Of a stretch of 64,000 nt of DNA, positions 1-10,047 are shown piece after piece. The notes beneath the pieces are model-generated. The model did not search any database, had not been told where the DNA came from, and saw only the letters and a program-made list of their open reading frames with translations. Location of the stretch: the IMG/VR virus record IMGVR_UViG_3300033802_000250. One strand, given 5' to 3'. The stretch's first letter is position 1, and each line of letters begins with the position of its first letter. The translations under genes were made by a program, and so were the position numbers. Origin of the DNA: a virus (taxonomy: Duplodnaviria > Caudoviricetes).

Positions 1-259
1 TTTGGAGGAGATCGGCAACTTCATCCGTACCCGGCCCGATATATTCTATCGTGGTCGGTTCTCTCGGATTCTCCGGCGGAATAATGCGGATGTGTCCTTG
101 CTCATCCAAAGTCTGCAATGCACGATGTACGGTGGCATTCGAGTAGCCAGTATGTCTGGCGATACTCATCATGGATTCCTTCAATATGCCGTCGCGTTGG
201 GCGACTTTGATGTAATGAAGGATATCCTGAAGCGTCCGCTTATTTTGTGTTTTTCGCAT
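1..259 (-). CDS. Winged-HTH transcriptional regulator (runs off the window edge)
   Basis: Manual translation MRKTQNKRTLQDILHYIK...SMMSIARHTGYSNATVHRALQTLDEQGHIRI gives a classic HTH pattern; not in the ORF track. Confidence 0.7.
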   Translation of the reverse strand, partial: MRKTQNKRTLQDILHYIKVAQRDGILKESMMSIARHTGYSNATVHRALQTLDEQGHIRIIPPENPREPTTIEYIGPGTDEVADLLQ

Positions 260-328
260 CCTCACAGCCTTCTTTCATACTAGATGTTGAGGGATGCAAA
301 ACCAGTATAGCAAATGTTGGGGTAGGCA

Positions 329-871
329 TCAATCTGAGCTATCCGAGAAATTCTTGAGGGCTCGCATCATCTGTTTGCGTTCCTCCGTAGCCTCGGGGCT
401 CGTGACGATACTGATCGGGTCATCGGTCTGATAAGCGTCGCCTTCATAATCGACCTTTACGCCATCGAAGGCGATCAGCATTTGAGGCTTCAGGATCCCG
501 ATCAATTTGTTCAAAATTTCTTGCCGCGCCTCCTGCTTTTTCTTCGTTTTGACGAAGCGCAGATGCGCGTAATAAACTTCATCCTCCGGGATTCCGAGCT
601 TCTTCCACGCCAGTTTGAGCTTCTCTTTTTGGTCTTTGGTAATCGGATCTTTCGTCACAACCGCTACAATCGGTTTCATGGAACCAAAGCCAAATTCGAT
701 GGTCTTACCGGGGAACTTACGGATGGCGGCCTTATGCAAGTCGTCCAGCTTAACATAGTTGTGAAGATACGCATAGGCATATTTGCGATCCGGTTTCTCG
801 AATCCCTTGGTTACTTTAACGATGGACTCGCTTACTTCGTCCAGCCATGCCTGATTTTGGGCACGATACAT
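329..871 (-). CDS. Degenerate uracil-DNA glycosylase family 4-like protein
   Basis: ATG after AAGGAGGGG; GFGS..PIVAVV, LGIPEDEVYYA and ILKPQMLIAFDG align with the UDG fold; no Cys cluster or catalytic motifs. Confidence 0.5.
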   Translation of the reverse strand: MYRAQNQAWLDEVSESIVKVTKGFEKPDRKYAYAYLHNYVKLDDLHKAAIRKFPGKTIEFGFGSMKPIVAVVTKDPITKDQKEKLKLAWKKLGIPEDEVYYAHLRFVKTKKKQEARQEILNKLIGILKPQMLIAFDGVKVDYEGDAYQTDDPISIVTSPEATEERKQMMRALKNFSDSSD

Positions 872-882
872 ATCACCCCTCC

Positions 883-1329
883 TTACAAGACTGACATCGT
901 GGCTATCACTATGGTATAGAACGCGGAAAGAACAATCAATTCCCGCACACCGGATCCCGCGTTTGCCAACGAGAACATTGTCTGTTTCGGCCATAGCCAC
1001 GGTACGCCCATTTCAGTGAACGTATCCAGCATCAGGTGAACAATATACCCTGCGGCAAAAAACGCGGCGTGAAGCCATGATGCTGTAATAAACAGCCAAA
1101 TGAGGCTGGCGATGCTCATGCCGATCAGAGAATGCGTCACGTTCTTCCGGTGCGGCTTAAAGATGAGCCACAGCGGAAAAAACTTACCGAGCATGGACTT
1201 GGAATGATCGGTGTCCGGTAGCATCGTTCCTACAACACAGGACGCCATATACGGAGCCGCGAGGTCGTATTTCGCACAAACGGCGGCCCCAAGAATAAAG
1301 CCGGACACAAAATGCGTTCTCCCTGTCAT
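883..1329 (-). CDS. YdjM-like membrane metal-dependent hydrolase
   Basis: MTGRTH, LPDTDH, HRKNVTHS and HLMLDTFT..GVP motifs with hydrophobic helices. Confidence 0.85.
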   Translation of the reverse strand: MTGRTHFVSGFILGAAVCAKYDLAAPYMASCVVGTMLPDTDHSKSMLGKFFPLWLIFKPHRKNVTHSLIGMSIASLIWLFITASWLHAAFFAAGYIVHLMLDTFTEMGVPWLWPKQTMFSLANAGSGVRELIVLSAFYTIVIATMSVL

Positions 1330-1350
1330 CACACCGCCCCTTACTTGGTC

Positions 1351-1388
1351 GTTACACCTAGTATGGGCGGATGTAATGCAGATTATAC
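1351..1388 (-). promoter_or_regulatory. Repeated phage promoter motif (sigmaF/G-like)
   Basis: GTATA-N6-ATTACA-N3-GCCCATACTA-N3-GTAAC. Confidence 0.65.
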
Positions 1389-1925
1389 GCCGTCCACAAA
1401 TTCCACCTGATAATCCTGCATCTTCATTTGCGGTTCGGCAATGGCCGTGACGTTGCTGTCCTTCTTCAGCGTCTTGTGGATTTGCACCATCATCGGTACA
1501 CAATGCTTGAGTGTCAACGCCTTCATCTCCTTGACGGCTTCCGTTTTGCTCGCAAAGCCGCCTTTGACAAACTCCAGCCCGATGTACGACCATTTGTTGA
1601 GGCCGATCGGCACGCGCTGTGCGTAAGTATAGATCTGGTATTCCGTTTCCCACTTCCGAGCGCCCTGTTGCGGGAAATCTGCCGACTGGCACTTGCTTGG
1701 TGCCGACACTTTCTTCGGGCGCAACGGAACCACGCTCTGTACCGCCTCATAAGCAACGCCGTACAGGGCCGCCGCGACGCGCTTTGCGTGTTCCGGGCTG
1801 TACGCCTTCACCACAGCGGACGTAACCTGTACAGACTTGATTTTGCGCTGAGAATGCATGGTCGCCGCCGAAGCGGTTTGCTCAATCGCCGTCTTCGCCA
1901 ACTTCTTCGTTACCGTCGTCGCCAT
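1383..1925 (-). CDS. Hypothetical protein
   Basis: 180-aa ORF with GAGGAGG RBS. Confidence 0.75.
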   Translation of the reverse strand: MATTVTKKLAKTAIEQTASAATMHSQRKIKSVQVTSAVVKAYSPEHAKRVAAALYGVAYEAVQSVVPLRPKKVSAPSKCQSADFPQQGARKWETEYQIYTYAQRVPIGLNKWSYIGLEFVKGGFASKTEAVKEMKALTLKHCVPMMVQIHKTLKKDSNVTAIAEPQMKMQDYQVEFVDGV

Positions 1926-1945
1926 ATGTTATTGTCCTCCTCGTT

Positions 1946-3217
1946 TTAGATTTGAACGCCCAATCGTTCTTGGATCATGGATTTGAACAACACCTTTTCA
2001 GTGTCATCGGTAATGAGCCGGTAAATCGGCATCAATTCGTCGAGCATGTCGGCTTTGAGGCGTTGCAGTTTCTTGTCGTACTCCTCAAAGATCGACGAAG
2101 CCAGAAACATCCGGGCCGGGATGGCTTTGTCGGCGATGTATCGCCGAATCGCTTTACCCTTTTGGCCCATATAATTCATCTGCTCTGCCGGATCACGCGG
2201 CGTGGAGATAATGACGTACACCTTGAAGCCGCGAGCAAGCAGGCGGCCAATAGTGCGCTCCATCGCCTCCCGGCCCGCTTCGTCACCGTCGTACCAGAAG
2301 TAGATGTTCTTCGTGAGCTTCTCCAGAATGTCCATCTGTTCATCGGTAAACGACGTACCGCACGTTGCGATGGTGTTCTCGATACCGCATTGATGTGCAA
2401 TAATGACATCGGTATAACCCTCAACAACGAGTGCGTAACCGGCTTCTCGGATCGCCTTGCGTGCTTCGTTCAATCCGTAGAGAATCTGACCCTTCTTGTA
2501 GATCTCCGACTCTTTATCGTTGATGTACTTGGCCGAATGATCCTTGGAGCCTTTCTCATAATTCATGTCACGATATGCCATCGCAATCGTCTTGGCCTTT
2601 TTCGGATTCCAGCAGGGCTCCGTAATTCCAAAGACAAGGCGGCCTTCCAACAGCGTGCCAAAATAGGGATGACGGTATCCTTTTGGCACGAGCCCAATCC
2701 GCCATTTCTTAATGGCGTCCCGATGAATGCCACGGCTGTCCAGATAAGCGAGCATCTTCTCGCTTTTCAGGAGCGTTTTGCAGAACAGCTTGTTGTCTTC
2801 CGTCATCTTTTGCTTCATCTTTTCGAGCTTTGCGTCCACCTTGGCTTTGGGAATCGGGATACCCGCCCGCTCCATCAGGATGACGCAGGCTTCGATATAC
2901 GAACAACGTTCCATGTTCATCACAAAACCGATGACACTCGGGCCGCCATCTTCAATGGTTACGCCGTCAGGCAGGTGAAGCATGTGAGGGATGCGTTTCT
3001 CCTTGTTCTCCCATCGAGTGCCTGCCCGGCAAGCGTAACAATGATAGGTGTTGTTTTCCGTATGAAGATGCAGGCTCGGTGTCGATTCCTTATGAAAAGG
3101 GCAGATCGCTTTGTTGTTCGCGCCGAAAACGACACCGTATTCCTCCGCGACTTCCCTGAGATCATTCTCCTCAAGGATGCGATCTAGCAGTTCGTCAGTG
3201 ATCGTCCCAACCTTCAC
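1946..3217 (-). CDS. dnaG: DNA primase
   Basis: CHC2 zinc finger CPFH...CYAC, KYIN, VVEGYTDV and DGDEAG TOPRIM motifs; GTG start after GGGAGG. Confidence 0.93.
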   Translation of the reverse strand: MKVGTITDELLDRILEENDLREVAEEYGVVFGANNKAICPFHKESTPSLHLHTENNTYHCYACRAGTRWENKEKRIPHMLHLPDGVTIEDGGPSVIGFVMNMERCSYIEACVILMERAGIPIPKAKVDAKLEKMKQKMTEDNKLFCKTLLKSEKMLAYLDSRGIHRDAIKKWRIGLVPKGYRHPYFGTLLEGRLVFGITEPCWNPKKAKTIAMAYRDMNYEKGSKDHSAKYINDKESEIYKKGQILYGLNEARKAIREAGYALVVEGYTDVIIAHQCGIENTIATCGTSFTDEQMDILEKLTKNIYFWYDGDEAGREAMERTIGRLLARGFKVYVIISTPRDPAEQMNYMGQKGKAIRRYIADKAIPARMFLASSIFEEYDKKLQRLKADMLDELMPIYRLITDDTEKVLFKSMIQERLGVQI

Positions 3218-3245
3218 GGCCCAACCTCCCTCTCTGCAAACTTCA

Positions 3246-3269
3246 CTCTTTGCGTGACAACGCAAAGAG
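3246..3269. repeat. GACA-loop hairpin motif copy
   Basis: CTCTTTGCGT-GACA-ACGCAAAGAG, 10-bp stem. Confidence 0.85.
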
Positions 3270-3278
3270 AGCACCCCT

Positions 3279-3620
3279 TTACGGAGTGCCCTCTTTATTT
3301 TCGACAAGCGTAAGTGGCGTATAGGTAACGTAATTCATAAACCGGAGATCAAGCGGGAAGCGCCCCTTTTGGTAAAGTTCCCGTATGTACTCCAGAATGC
3401 CGGGAATGTGGATGTCCTCGAATCCGGCCTGCGTATAGAACGACTTGAAGCTGTTGCTTCCGATGTAGACGCGCGTGATCTTGTGCGCCGTCTCGCCCTC
3501 GAAGCATTTCCTCAGCTTCGCCTCGATTTTCGGAACTTCTTCGTCGATATCGAAATCGTGGTGAATCACCCACGCAAATCCTTCAATCTGCACTTCGTTC
3601 CCTGTGAGTGCGAAGTTCAT
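3279..3620 (-). CDS. Hypothetical protein
   Basis: 113-aa ORF with RBS. Confidence 0.7.
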   Translation of the reverse strand: MNFALTGNEVQIEGFAWVIHHDFDIDEEVPKIEAKLRKCFEGETAHKITRVYIGSNSFKSFYTQAGFEDIHIPGILEYIRELYQKGRFPLDLRFMNYVTYTPLTLVENKEGTP

Positions 3621-4227
3621 ACTTCAATTCTCCTTCTTCCGCCCCGACTTGTGTTTGGCCGGGGGCTCCGCTTACTTTGCTGTCGGGTTTGACCCAACGG
3701 CAGGATTGACGCTCACAACGGAGCGCGTACTGATCCGTGCCCGGCAGATGCTCCATATACATTTCACCGCCGCAATGGCACAGATGTTCTTGATCCATCT
3801 CGAAGAAGACGAGCGGTTTATGGTAAGCGAAATTCCACTTCCAGAAGGCGTCTTTCTCGCCGCACTCCTCGCAGACAACTTCGCATTCGGGCCGGTCGAT
3901 CAAATCATATTGCACATCGTTCCACTCCGACGACGGGAATCCGACAGCAACGCCGTCTACTGACATCTGAAGCAGATATCCCTGTGCATGATCCTGTCCG
4001 ATCTGAATATTCGGCGAACAAATCATCTTGTGCGCTTGTCCGCAATAAGGACACCTGAAGTGTAGATCCCGGGGCGGAACAACATGCGACATGTTCTTGA
4101 TCCGTTGACGACGGCGTTCCTGTTCCGATACTTCGTTGTTTTCAAGAAACTGCTCGTGATAATAACGGATCTGGAACTTGTGTTTGAACGGCAGTTTATT
4201 CCAAAGCCCCTTCAACCAGTTCAACAT
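3583..4227 (-). CDS. Zinc-ribbon hypothetical protein
   Basis: CPYC, CEEC and CHC..C motifs. Confidence 0.7.
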   Translation of the reverse strand: MLNWLKGLWNKLPFKHKFQIRYYHEQFLENNEVSEQERRRQRIKNMSHVVPPRDLHFRCPYCGQAHKMICSPNIQIGQDHAQGYLLQMSVDGVAVGFPSSEWNDVQYDLIDRPECEVVCEECGEKDAFWKWNFAYHKPLVFFEMDQEHLCHCGGEMYMEHLPGTDQYALRCERQSCRWVKPDSKVSGAPGQTQVGAEEGELKYELRTHRERSAD

Positions 4228-4233
4228 CAGGTA

Positions 4234-4563
4234 TCACTCCTTGATACGGGCTTCTCTGATCACTCCGGTTTCCCGATTCAGAACAAGCCCGATATTTCTT
4301 GGGATGCCGAGTTCCGCACGGATCTCATCCCAAACCGCTCGTTCTTCCAAAAAGATAGTTCCAAGTTCTTGCGTCATCATGGACAGCATTCCTTGGACTC
4401 CTTCGCGTTTCGCTTCAATCTTCCGCATTTTGTCCAGCAAGCTCGGCGGACATTGGTGCGTTTTTCCCGGGACAATCTGCGGAACCTTATCCCCCTCGAC
4501 AGTCGTTACCGTCTTGACGCCGAAATGGCTCCAAAAGCCAAGCAGTTTTTCGACGATTTTCAC
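4234..4563 (-). CDS. Hypothetical protein
   Basis: GTG start after AAGGAGG. Confidence 0.65.
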   Translation of the reverse strand: MKIVEKLLGFWSHFGVKTVTTVEGDKVPQIVPGKTHQCPPSLLDKMRKIEAKREGVQGMLSMMTQELGTIFLEERAVWDEIRAELGIPRNIGLVLNRETGVIREARIKE

Positions 4564-4576
4564 AATGAATGCCTCC

Positions 4577-5098
4577 TTATACTTCATGATACCAGCCAAG
4601 TACATGATTGCGAATGCGTAACTGCTTCTCGTGCGTATCAACCCATTGTGTGGAGAACCACTCGGCTTTCGTGTACTCCTCCACCATAATCGGTTCCCCC
4701 GTATCTTCCGTCGTTTCAACGGGCGGATCCACTGTTGTATCCCAAAAGAGCGGATTCCCATCCGCATCTTTTTTCTGTACCTCGACTTTGGTGTTTTCTC
4801 GATACGGGATAGGATCCAGATCCGGGATAACCGGTGCATCTTTGATGATTTCAAAGTGAGGCCAATACACATACCGGGCACAGATGGGCGTGCCGTCTTC
4901 CTGAATCAATTGGTAATCGCAATGGATACCTTCACTTGGTTTCAGTTCGCAGACGGCCCGCCGTTCATTCTTGAGCCCGTGTTCAAAGAACCGATTTTTG
5001 AAGTAGTCGCATTGATTATCAGCTTCCGTTGGGGTGGTGTAGCCGCGTGTGCGATCAAGACTCCCATTCAATTTCGGTCTCATCGTCAACAATCCCAT
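4577..5098 (-). CDS. Hypothetical protein
   Basis: 173-aa ORF in operon. Confidence 0.65.
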   Translation of the reverse strand: MGLLTMRPKLNGSLDRTRGYTTPTEADNQCDYFKNRFFEHGLKNERRAVCELKPSEGIHCDYQLIQEDGTPICARYVYWPHFEIIKDAPVIPDLDPIPYRENTKVEVQKKDADGNPLFWDTTVDPPVETTEDTGEPIMVEEYTKAEWFSTQWVDTHEKQLRIRNHVLGWYHEV

Positions 5099-5768
5099 CG
5101 TCAGGCTGAAGGTCTTGCTCCCTCAGCACCGTTTTCCCGCTGACAAGTTGGCTAATAAACGTCTTGTCGGCAGTTTGCGCCAGATGCGGCTGGTGCGTCA
5201 CCATGATAATTTGGCGATCAAATGTCTTGCCGATGAAGTCAACGAACTCGCCAAACTTCACGATGTAATCCTCTGATACGTGCTTGCCCGGCTCATCGAG
5301 CAAGATCGGGCCTTGTATCTTAGGATTATTATATACCACCATCGTTGCCACTTGGAGTGCCGTTGCGACAATGTCATTTACGCCACCGCCGCGCGAATCC
5401 TGCGGCTCGTTCTTGATCTTCTCGCCATTCGGATTCTCACTGACAACATAGAAGTTGGCAACCGGTTTTCCGCCGGATTCGGCCAGTTCGATCTCGAAGG
5501 TGAAGGACGGCCCGAATACGGATTGTAATGCCTTCGTAACAACCTTCTCCATCCGTTGCCTGCCGGATTCCCGGGCGGCATCGGCGGTTGCGATCAGCGT
5601 CGAAACCACCTTCTCCAGATGGAGTTTGGTTTGAGCCCGCTTGTCGATTTTGTCCTGCTCCGCATCGCGTTCCTCCACAAGCAGATCATGGGCCGCCTGC
5701 CGCTGAGCGTAATGCTTCTCCAATTCGTGGAGCCGCGTTTTAAACAACTCCGTGTAATGGCTCGCCAT
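5055..5768 (-). CDS. SbcC/Rad50 C-terminal half (ABC ATPase signature and Walker B)
   Basis: Short coiled coil, SRGGG signature, ILLDEP Walker B, IIMVTH H-loop; no Walker A. Confidence 0.88.
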   Translation of the reverse strand: MASHYTELFKTRLHELEKHYAQRQAAHDLLVEERDAEQDKIDKRAQTKLHLEKVVSTLIATADAARESGRQRMEKVVTKALQSVFGPSFTFEIELAESGGKPVANFYVVSENPNGEKIKNEPQDSRGGGVNDIVATALQVATMVVYNNPKIQGPILLDEPGKHVSEDYIVKFGEFVDFIGKTFDRQIIMVTHQPHLAQTADKTFISQLVSGKTVLREQDLQPDDGIVDDETEIEWES

Positions 5769-6490
5769 CAGAACACCTCCATTCTGTGAAAGACGACCTC
5801 CAGCTTATCAAGTGCCTTCGGCTTGTTGAAACGAATAGCATTTGCGATACGTTGCTCCCATTGTTCGGCGTGCGAAGGATCGCGAAGTTCAAATTCTGGA
5901 TCCACCCGAAGCAGGATCGACACCTGCCGTGGATAATCCATGAATAGCGTCTGCACCGACGCAATGCCTTCGATGGAAGTCAGCGCATGAACCAGTGTAT
6001 CCATGAAACTGACATTGACGACGTTATGCTCAATCGGCTGTTCTTCTTCCTGTGTTTGGCTTGCCCGCCGCTCAACAACCTTTAGGAACTGTTCGTAGAT
6101 GACATCCATGAGGAACTGGTAATCATCTTCGCTGAGTTCAAAATGCTCGCCGAGCGGCGATGAGGTGTGCCTTATCATGTTTCGGATAACCTGCTGGAGC
6201 AACTTCCGGTTGTTGATGTACGCCAATTGTCCATCGGCATAATATGCGTTGTAATCCTCGAAGAACGGCTTACCCGAATTAGGCTTGGTAGTTACGTGGT
6301 ACATTCCGCCATTGGTTTGGACAAATCCATCCAATGAATCGAACACCTGTTGCTTGATGTTCTTGAACAGATCGTCCACGTTTACGTTAAGGGACTGAAG
6401 AAATTCTGTACCGCCACTGTTGCTGTTTGATTTCTCTGGCGGCTCATTCGTCCTCGTCGTCTTCATCGTCATCACCCGGCAGGCATTCAC
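5768..6490 (-). CDS. Hypothetical protein (start uncertain)
   Basis: About 235-aa ORF coupled to its neighbours. Confidence 0.65.
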   Translation of the reverse strand: MNACRVMTMKTTRTNEPPEKSNSNSGGTEFLQSLNVNVDDLFKNIKQQVFDSLDGFVQTNGGMYHVTTKPNSGKPFFEDYNAYYADGQLAYINNRKLLQQVIRNMIRHTSSPLGEHFELSEDDYQFLMDVIYEQFLKVVERRASQTQEEEQPIEHNVVNVSFMDTLVHALTSIEGIASVQTLFMDYPRQVSILLRVDPEFELRDPSHAEQWEQRIANAIRFNKPKALDKLEVVFHRMEVF

Positions 6491-6707
6491 GGATGGACTC
6501 GATGGTTTGTTCGAGTTCCCTTTCCTTCTCCTCGATGGCCTTCTTCAGATCCTTGGGGTCAATTCCCTTCGCCTTCAGCCGGTCGATGGCCGCCTGACGG
6601 CGCTTCTTCGCTTCCTCCAGTCGGGTGCTGATCTTGGTTTGCTCCGTTTGCGCCGATTGAAGTTCGCGCTTGACTTCCTTCAGTTCTTGTTCCCACGTTT
6701 TTGCCAT
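6444..6707 (-). CDS. Small coiled-coil protein
   Basis: Heptad-rich with acidic tail; GGAGG RBS. Confidence 0.75.
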   Translation of the reverse strand: MAKTWEQELKEVKRELQSAQTEQTKISTRLEEAKKRRQAAIDRLKAKGIDPKDLKKAIEEKERELEQTIESIRECLPGDDDEDDEDE

Positions 6708-6919
6708 GCTGGATACCTCCCTATTTTCTTCACTACAAGATTGTCGCCGATGGTAATCGGCGGTTGTTTGGCTTCTGTGCCATCGTCATTCAGCAGTTGA
6801 ATGCGTAGCAAGGTAACGTTGGGATTGAGGGATGGAAAGGTGCGCAACACCCTCCACCCCCTGTTTTCGAGAAAGGGATGCCGGATGCGGATGACATCAT
6901 CAACATCATACAGCATCAA
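6680..6919 (-). CDS. Hypothetical protein
   Basis: 79-aa ORF overlapping its neighbours. Confidence 0.55.
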   Translation of the reverse strand: MMLYDVDDVIRIRHPFLENRGWRVLRTFPSLNPNVTLLRIQLLNDDGTEAKQPPITIGDNLVVKKIGRYPAWQKRGNKN

Positions 6920-9224
6920 TCACATGCTCCATATGCTCGGCATCCAAATCTTGCCGACACATCGGACATTTGTTGCCGAGCCGCGCAAAGATATCTTTGA
7001 CCTTTGTTTGAAGCGACGTTTCAATGTCCCTCCAATAATCCAGCGATTCATTGAAGGTGCGAATATCCGCATCCGCCGAATTCAACTCGTCATGAAGCTG
7101 TCGGAGTTCATAGAGTCCATCCATGAGGGCTTCGGCTTGCTCGACAAGAGTCTGCGCCTGCGACAAATCGCCGAAGCGGGATAACTGCTTCTCGTATGTG
7201 GAGACGGCGTCTTCCGCTTCAACCAGATCGGCGTACATCTCCTCAAGCTCATTTAGCTCCCGCGTAAGCTCCTCTGCCTTCTGGAAGTTTTGCTCCGCTT
7301 CATCCAGACGGTCAAAAGCCCGCAGGCGCTCCGTATACACCTTCACATCGCGGCTGGCCTCCGCCAAATCGTCAGCCATGATCTCCAGATCCCGGAGTTC
7401 TTCCGCCATGCGTTCCGCCTTCTCCAGCCGCTTCTCGGCTTTTGGCAGATCGGCGAACTCCTTGAGTTGTTTCTTGTAGGTGACGATGTCATTGTCCGCG
7501 CTAGCGATCTCGGCCTGCATGTCGCGCAGTTCGTCGAGTTCTTTCTCCTGCCGCTCCAGCTTTTGAATCAGAAGCGTCGCAAGATCAATTTGCTGTTTGA
7601 GTTGCGGAAGGTCGTCGTATTCCTTGAGCTTTTCGTTGAGTTCTTCAATCCGCTTTTCTGCGGCATTGATGTCTTTGGTCAGGTTCAGGAGATCTTTGCG
7701 CTTTTCTTTGATTGCACTATCGACAAAATGCACGCCTGTAAGTCGTCCAATAACAGCCGCTCTAACTGAAGGCGGCTCCGAGAGCAGGAAATGTCCATCC
7801 AATTGATACGCAAAGTTGAGAGAACGCTCAATTCCCGGAGCGAGTTCAACTCTTGGCATCTGGTGTGTATTTGCCACATCAATTGGAATATTGTTAGAGA
7901 AACCCTTGAACTCCTGCGTCTTCCCGTGAGCGTCACCCACAATGTAGCTTCCTGCGTCGGAGTTAGTGCGCGTTCTTGTAATAAAAGAACCATCGCTGAA
8001 ACGAACAGTGACCGTAGCTCTGGACTCGCCATGCCGGATAAAATCCGATCCCTTGGGCTCGTTGTAAAGCGCCCAACGGAGAGCCCGAATAATGGCCGAT
8101 TTTCCACTATCACTCGCCCCCGTAATTGCATTGAGTCCCTTCGGTGAGAACTCGATCTTCGTATGCTTGTGGCTTTGGAAATTTTCGATCTCGATCTCGG
8201 TGATTGCAATCGAGCGGCGTTTCTCGATGTAGCCGTCGAGCTTATTGTCTTGAATAGCCTTTTCGGCTTCAACAATGGCCTCGAACGCCGCATCCAGAAC
8301 ATCCTGCTCGATGTTGTTGCTCTTGGACAGTTCAGCCAGCACGTCTTTCGGATCGAAGGCATCGAACGTCATAGCATCCGCAATCGTTTGCTCGAACGCT
8401 TCCAGATAACGCTCATGCACCTTTGCTTCGTCGATGGGCGTGCGGTCAAATACCTCATCGCCCGGCATCGCCGTTGCGTATTCCACGAACGTCACGTCGA
8501 TCTTCTTCTTCGTAGCCTCGATGATCGCGTACTGCGGAATCCGGTCGATGTTGCCTTTAGAGCCTTCGTCACGCCCGGTGGAACCGGGGTTTCCGAAAAT
8601 CGTGCCGTTCTCCTCGTGGATTTCCATACCCGGATGATAATGACCATTCAGAACGACATGCGCTTTGGTGCGCACATCCTTCGTCAGCGTGTGGCGCACA
8701 TCCGGGTGGAACGGTTTCTGGAGCAACATGCCGTGCGAAAACAGCACGTTCCATCTGGCATTGTATGACGGATCCACTTGGTAATCAGCCGGGCTCGTAT
8801 CAATGTCTTTGTCGTATTCCCGGCCAAAGATTTCGACCGTCACGCCTTTGGCGTCGGTCAGAAGGTAACTGCGTTTGCGCGTCAGCAGTTTGACAAGGCC
8901 AGACTCCGACAGGACACCAATGGCCGTTTGGTCGATGGTGTCCATCGAATACCCGAATAGGTCGTGATTGCCGGGCACAAGATAGATCGGAATGCCAAGC
9001 TCACGGATGCGCCGGAAGATCTTCGCGTATTGTACGATGATCGAAAACGCGACGCGCGGCGTATCAAACAAGTCGCCGCCGAAGACAACCGCGTCCGGCT
9101 TCTCGTAGATGCACGCTTGCTCGAACTCCAGCATCTTCTTGTACAGCGCCAACGGATAATCGTCGATCCGGGATCCGGGGTTTCGGCCTTTGATGTGGTG
9201 GTCTGTAGCGTACAGGATCTTCAT
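6906..9224 (-). CDS. SbcD/Mre11 nuclease fused to SbcC/Rad50 N-terminal half
   Basis: DHH, GGDLFD, GNHD and GHYH phosphoesterase motifs, then IENFQSH, Walker A GASDSGKS, Q-loop and coiled coil ending in the zinc hook CPMC. Confidence 0.92.
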   Translation of the reverse strand: MKILYATDHHIKGRNPGSRIDDYPLALYKKMLEFEQACIYEKPDAVVFGGDLFDTPRVAFSIIVQYAKIFRRIRELGIPIYLVPGNHDLFGYSMDTIDQTAIGVLSESGLVKLLTRKRSYLLTDAKGVTVEIFGREYDKDIDTSPADYQVDPSYNARWNVLFSHGMLLQKPFHPDVRHTLTKDVRTKAHVVLNGHYHPGMEIHEENGTIFGNPGSTGRDEGSKGNIDRIPQYAIIEATKKKIDVTFVEYATAMPGDEVFDRTPIDEAKVHERYLEAFEQTIADAMTFDAFDPKDVLAELSKSNNIEQDVLDAAFEAIVEAEKAIQDNKLDGYIEKRRSIAITEIEIENFQSHKHTKIEFSPKGLNAITGASDSGKSAIIRALRWALYNEPKGSDFIRHGESRATVTVRFSDGSFITRTRTNSDAGSYIVGDAHGKTQEFKGFSNNIPIDVANTHQMPRVELAPGIERSLNFAYQLDGHFLLSEPPSVRAAVIGRLTGVHFVDSAIKEKRKDLLNLTKDINAAEKRIEELNEKLKEYDDLPQLKQQIDLATLLIQKLERQEKELDELRDMQAEIASADNDIVTYKKQLKEFADLPKAEKRLEKAERMAEELRDLEIMADDLAEASRDVKVYTERLRAFDRLDEAEQNFQKAEELTRELNELEEMYADLVEAEDAVSTYEKQLSRFGDLSQAQTLVEQAEALMDGLYELRQLHDELNSADADIRTFNESLDYWRDIETSLQTKVKDIFARLGNKCPMCRQDLDAEHMEHVIDAV

Positions 9225-9243
9225 GACTTCGCCTCCTTATTGT

Positions 9244-9609
9244 TTACTGTTCGCCGTCGCACTCCTCATACCCGATAATCTCGATGCCAACCAAATAGCT
9301 TTGCGCTTCCTCCAAATCAAGTTCGATTGGGCTTTTGGTCGGGTGAGTCAACCGGATATATTCGACCTCGACGTACTTCCCTTCTTCGTCTTCATATGGG
9401 ATGCAATGCGCGGCATTCTTGCCGCGTTCCATACACACGACAAGACCGGTGGACAAATCGGTGAAGTTGCCGAGAATGTCGCCACCGTAGCAGTCGCCGC
9501 CGAGTTCGCTGATGACTTCTGCGCGATGTTCCCCGCAAAGGAACTTGAGCAGTACGGTGTGTTTGACGATGTCGGCCTCAATGTCCGGCGCATCATACTT
9601 CTGAAGCAT
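9244..9609 (-). CDS. Hypothetical protein
   Basis: 121-aa ORF. Confidence 0.65.
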   Translation of the reverse strand: MLQKYDAPDIEADIVKHTVLLKFLCGEHRAEVISELGGDCYGGDILGNFTDLSTGLVVCMERGKNAAHCIPYEDEEGKYVEVEYIRLTHPTKSPIELDLEEAQSYLVGIEIIGYEECDGEQ

Positions 9610-10036
9610 CGTCCAGACCTCCTTCTTCGGCGGCGCATTCCTTTTCCGCTTCTGCGATTTGTTTTAGCGCCTTAACATACCACACGTTGCTGATTTCTTC
9701 ATCGGTGATGTCCTTGAGTTGATCCTGACTTTCGATGCGGCTCCACCAGCTTTCGCAACCATAAATGATTTTGTTGAGGTCGGGCACGAACATGGCGGGG
9801 TTGTGCAACGCAAAGTCGATCTCCAGCTTCTTGGTTTCCTGATTGTAAACCGCACGGATAGATTGCGCAACATCACCGATGTAGACGCCAAGGTATGTCT
9901 TGTTGCCGTATTCCCCGCCTGCCGGACGCACGCGAACCAAATCGCCGACTTTACAACCGTATTCCCGGGATTCGATGGCACGGCCCTGACCCCAATCAAT
10001 ACCATGAATTTCAATCGGATACTGGATTTTTGGCAT
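9593..10036 (-). CDS. Phage hypothetical protein
   Basis: 147-aa ORF with AAGGAGG RBS. Confidence 0.75.
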   Translation of the reverse strand: MPKIQYPIEIHGIDWGQGRAIESREYGCKVGDLVRVRPAGGEYGNKTYLGVYIGDVAQSIRAVYNQETKKLEIDFALHNPAMFVPDLNKIIYGCESWWSRIESQDQLKDITDEEISNVWYVKALKQIAEAEKECAAEEGGLDDASEV

Positions 10037-10047
10037 ATGAGTCCTCC

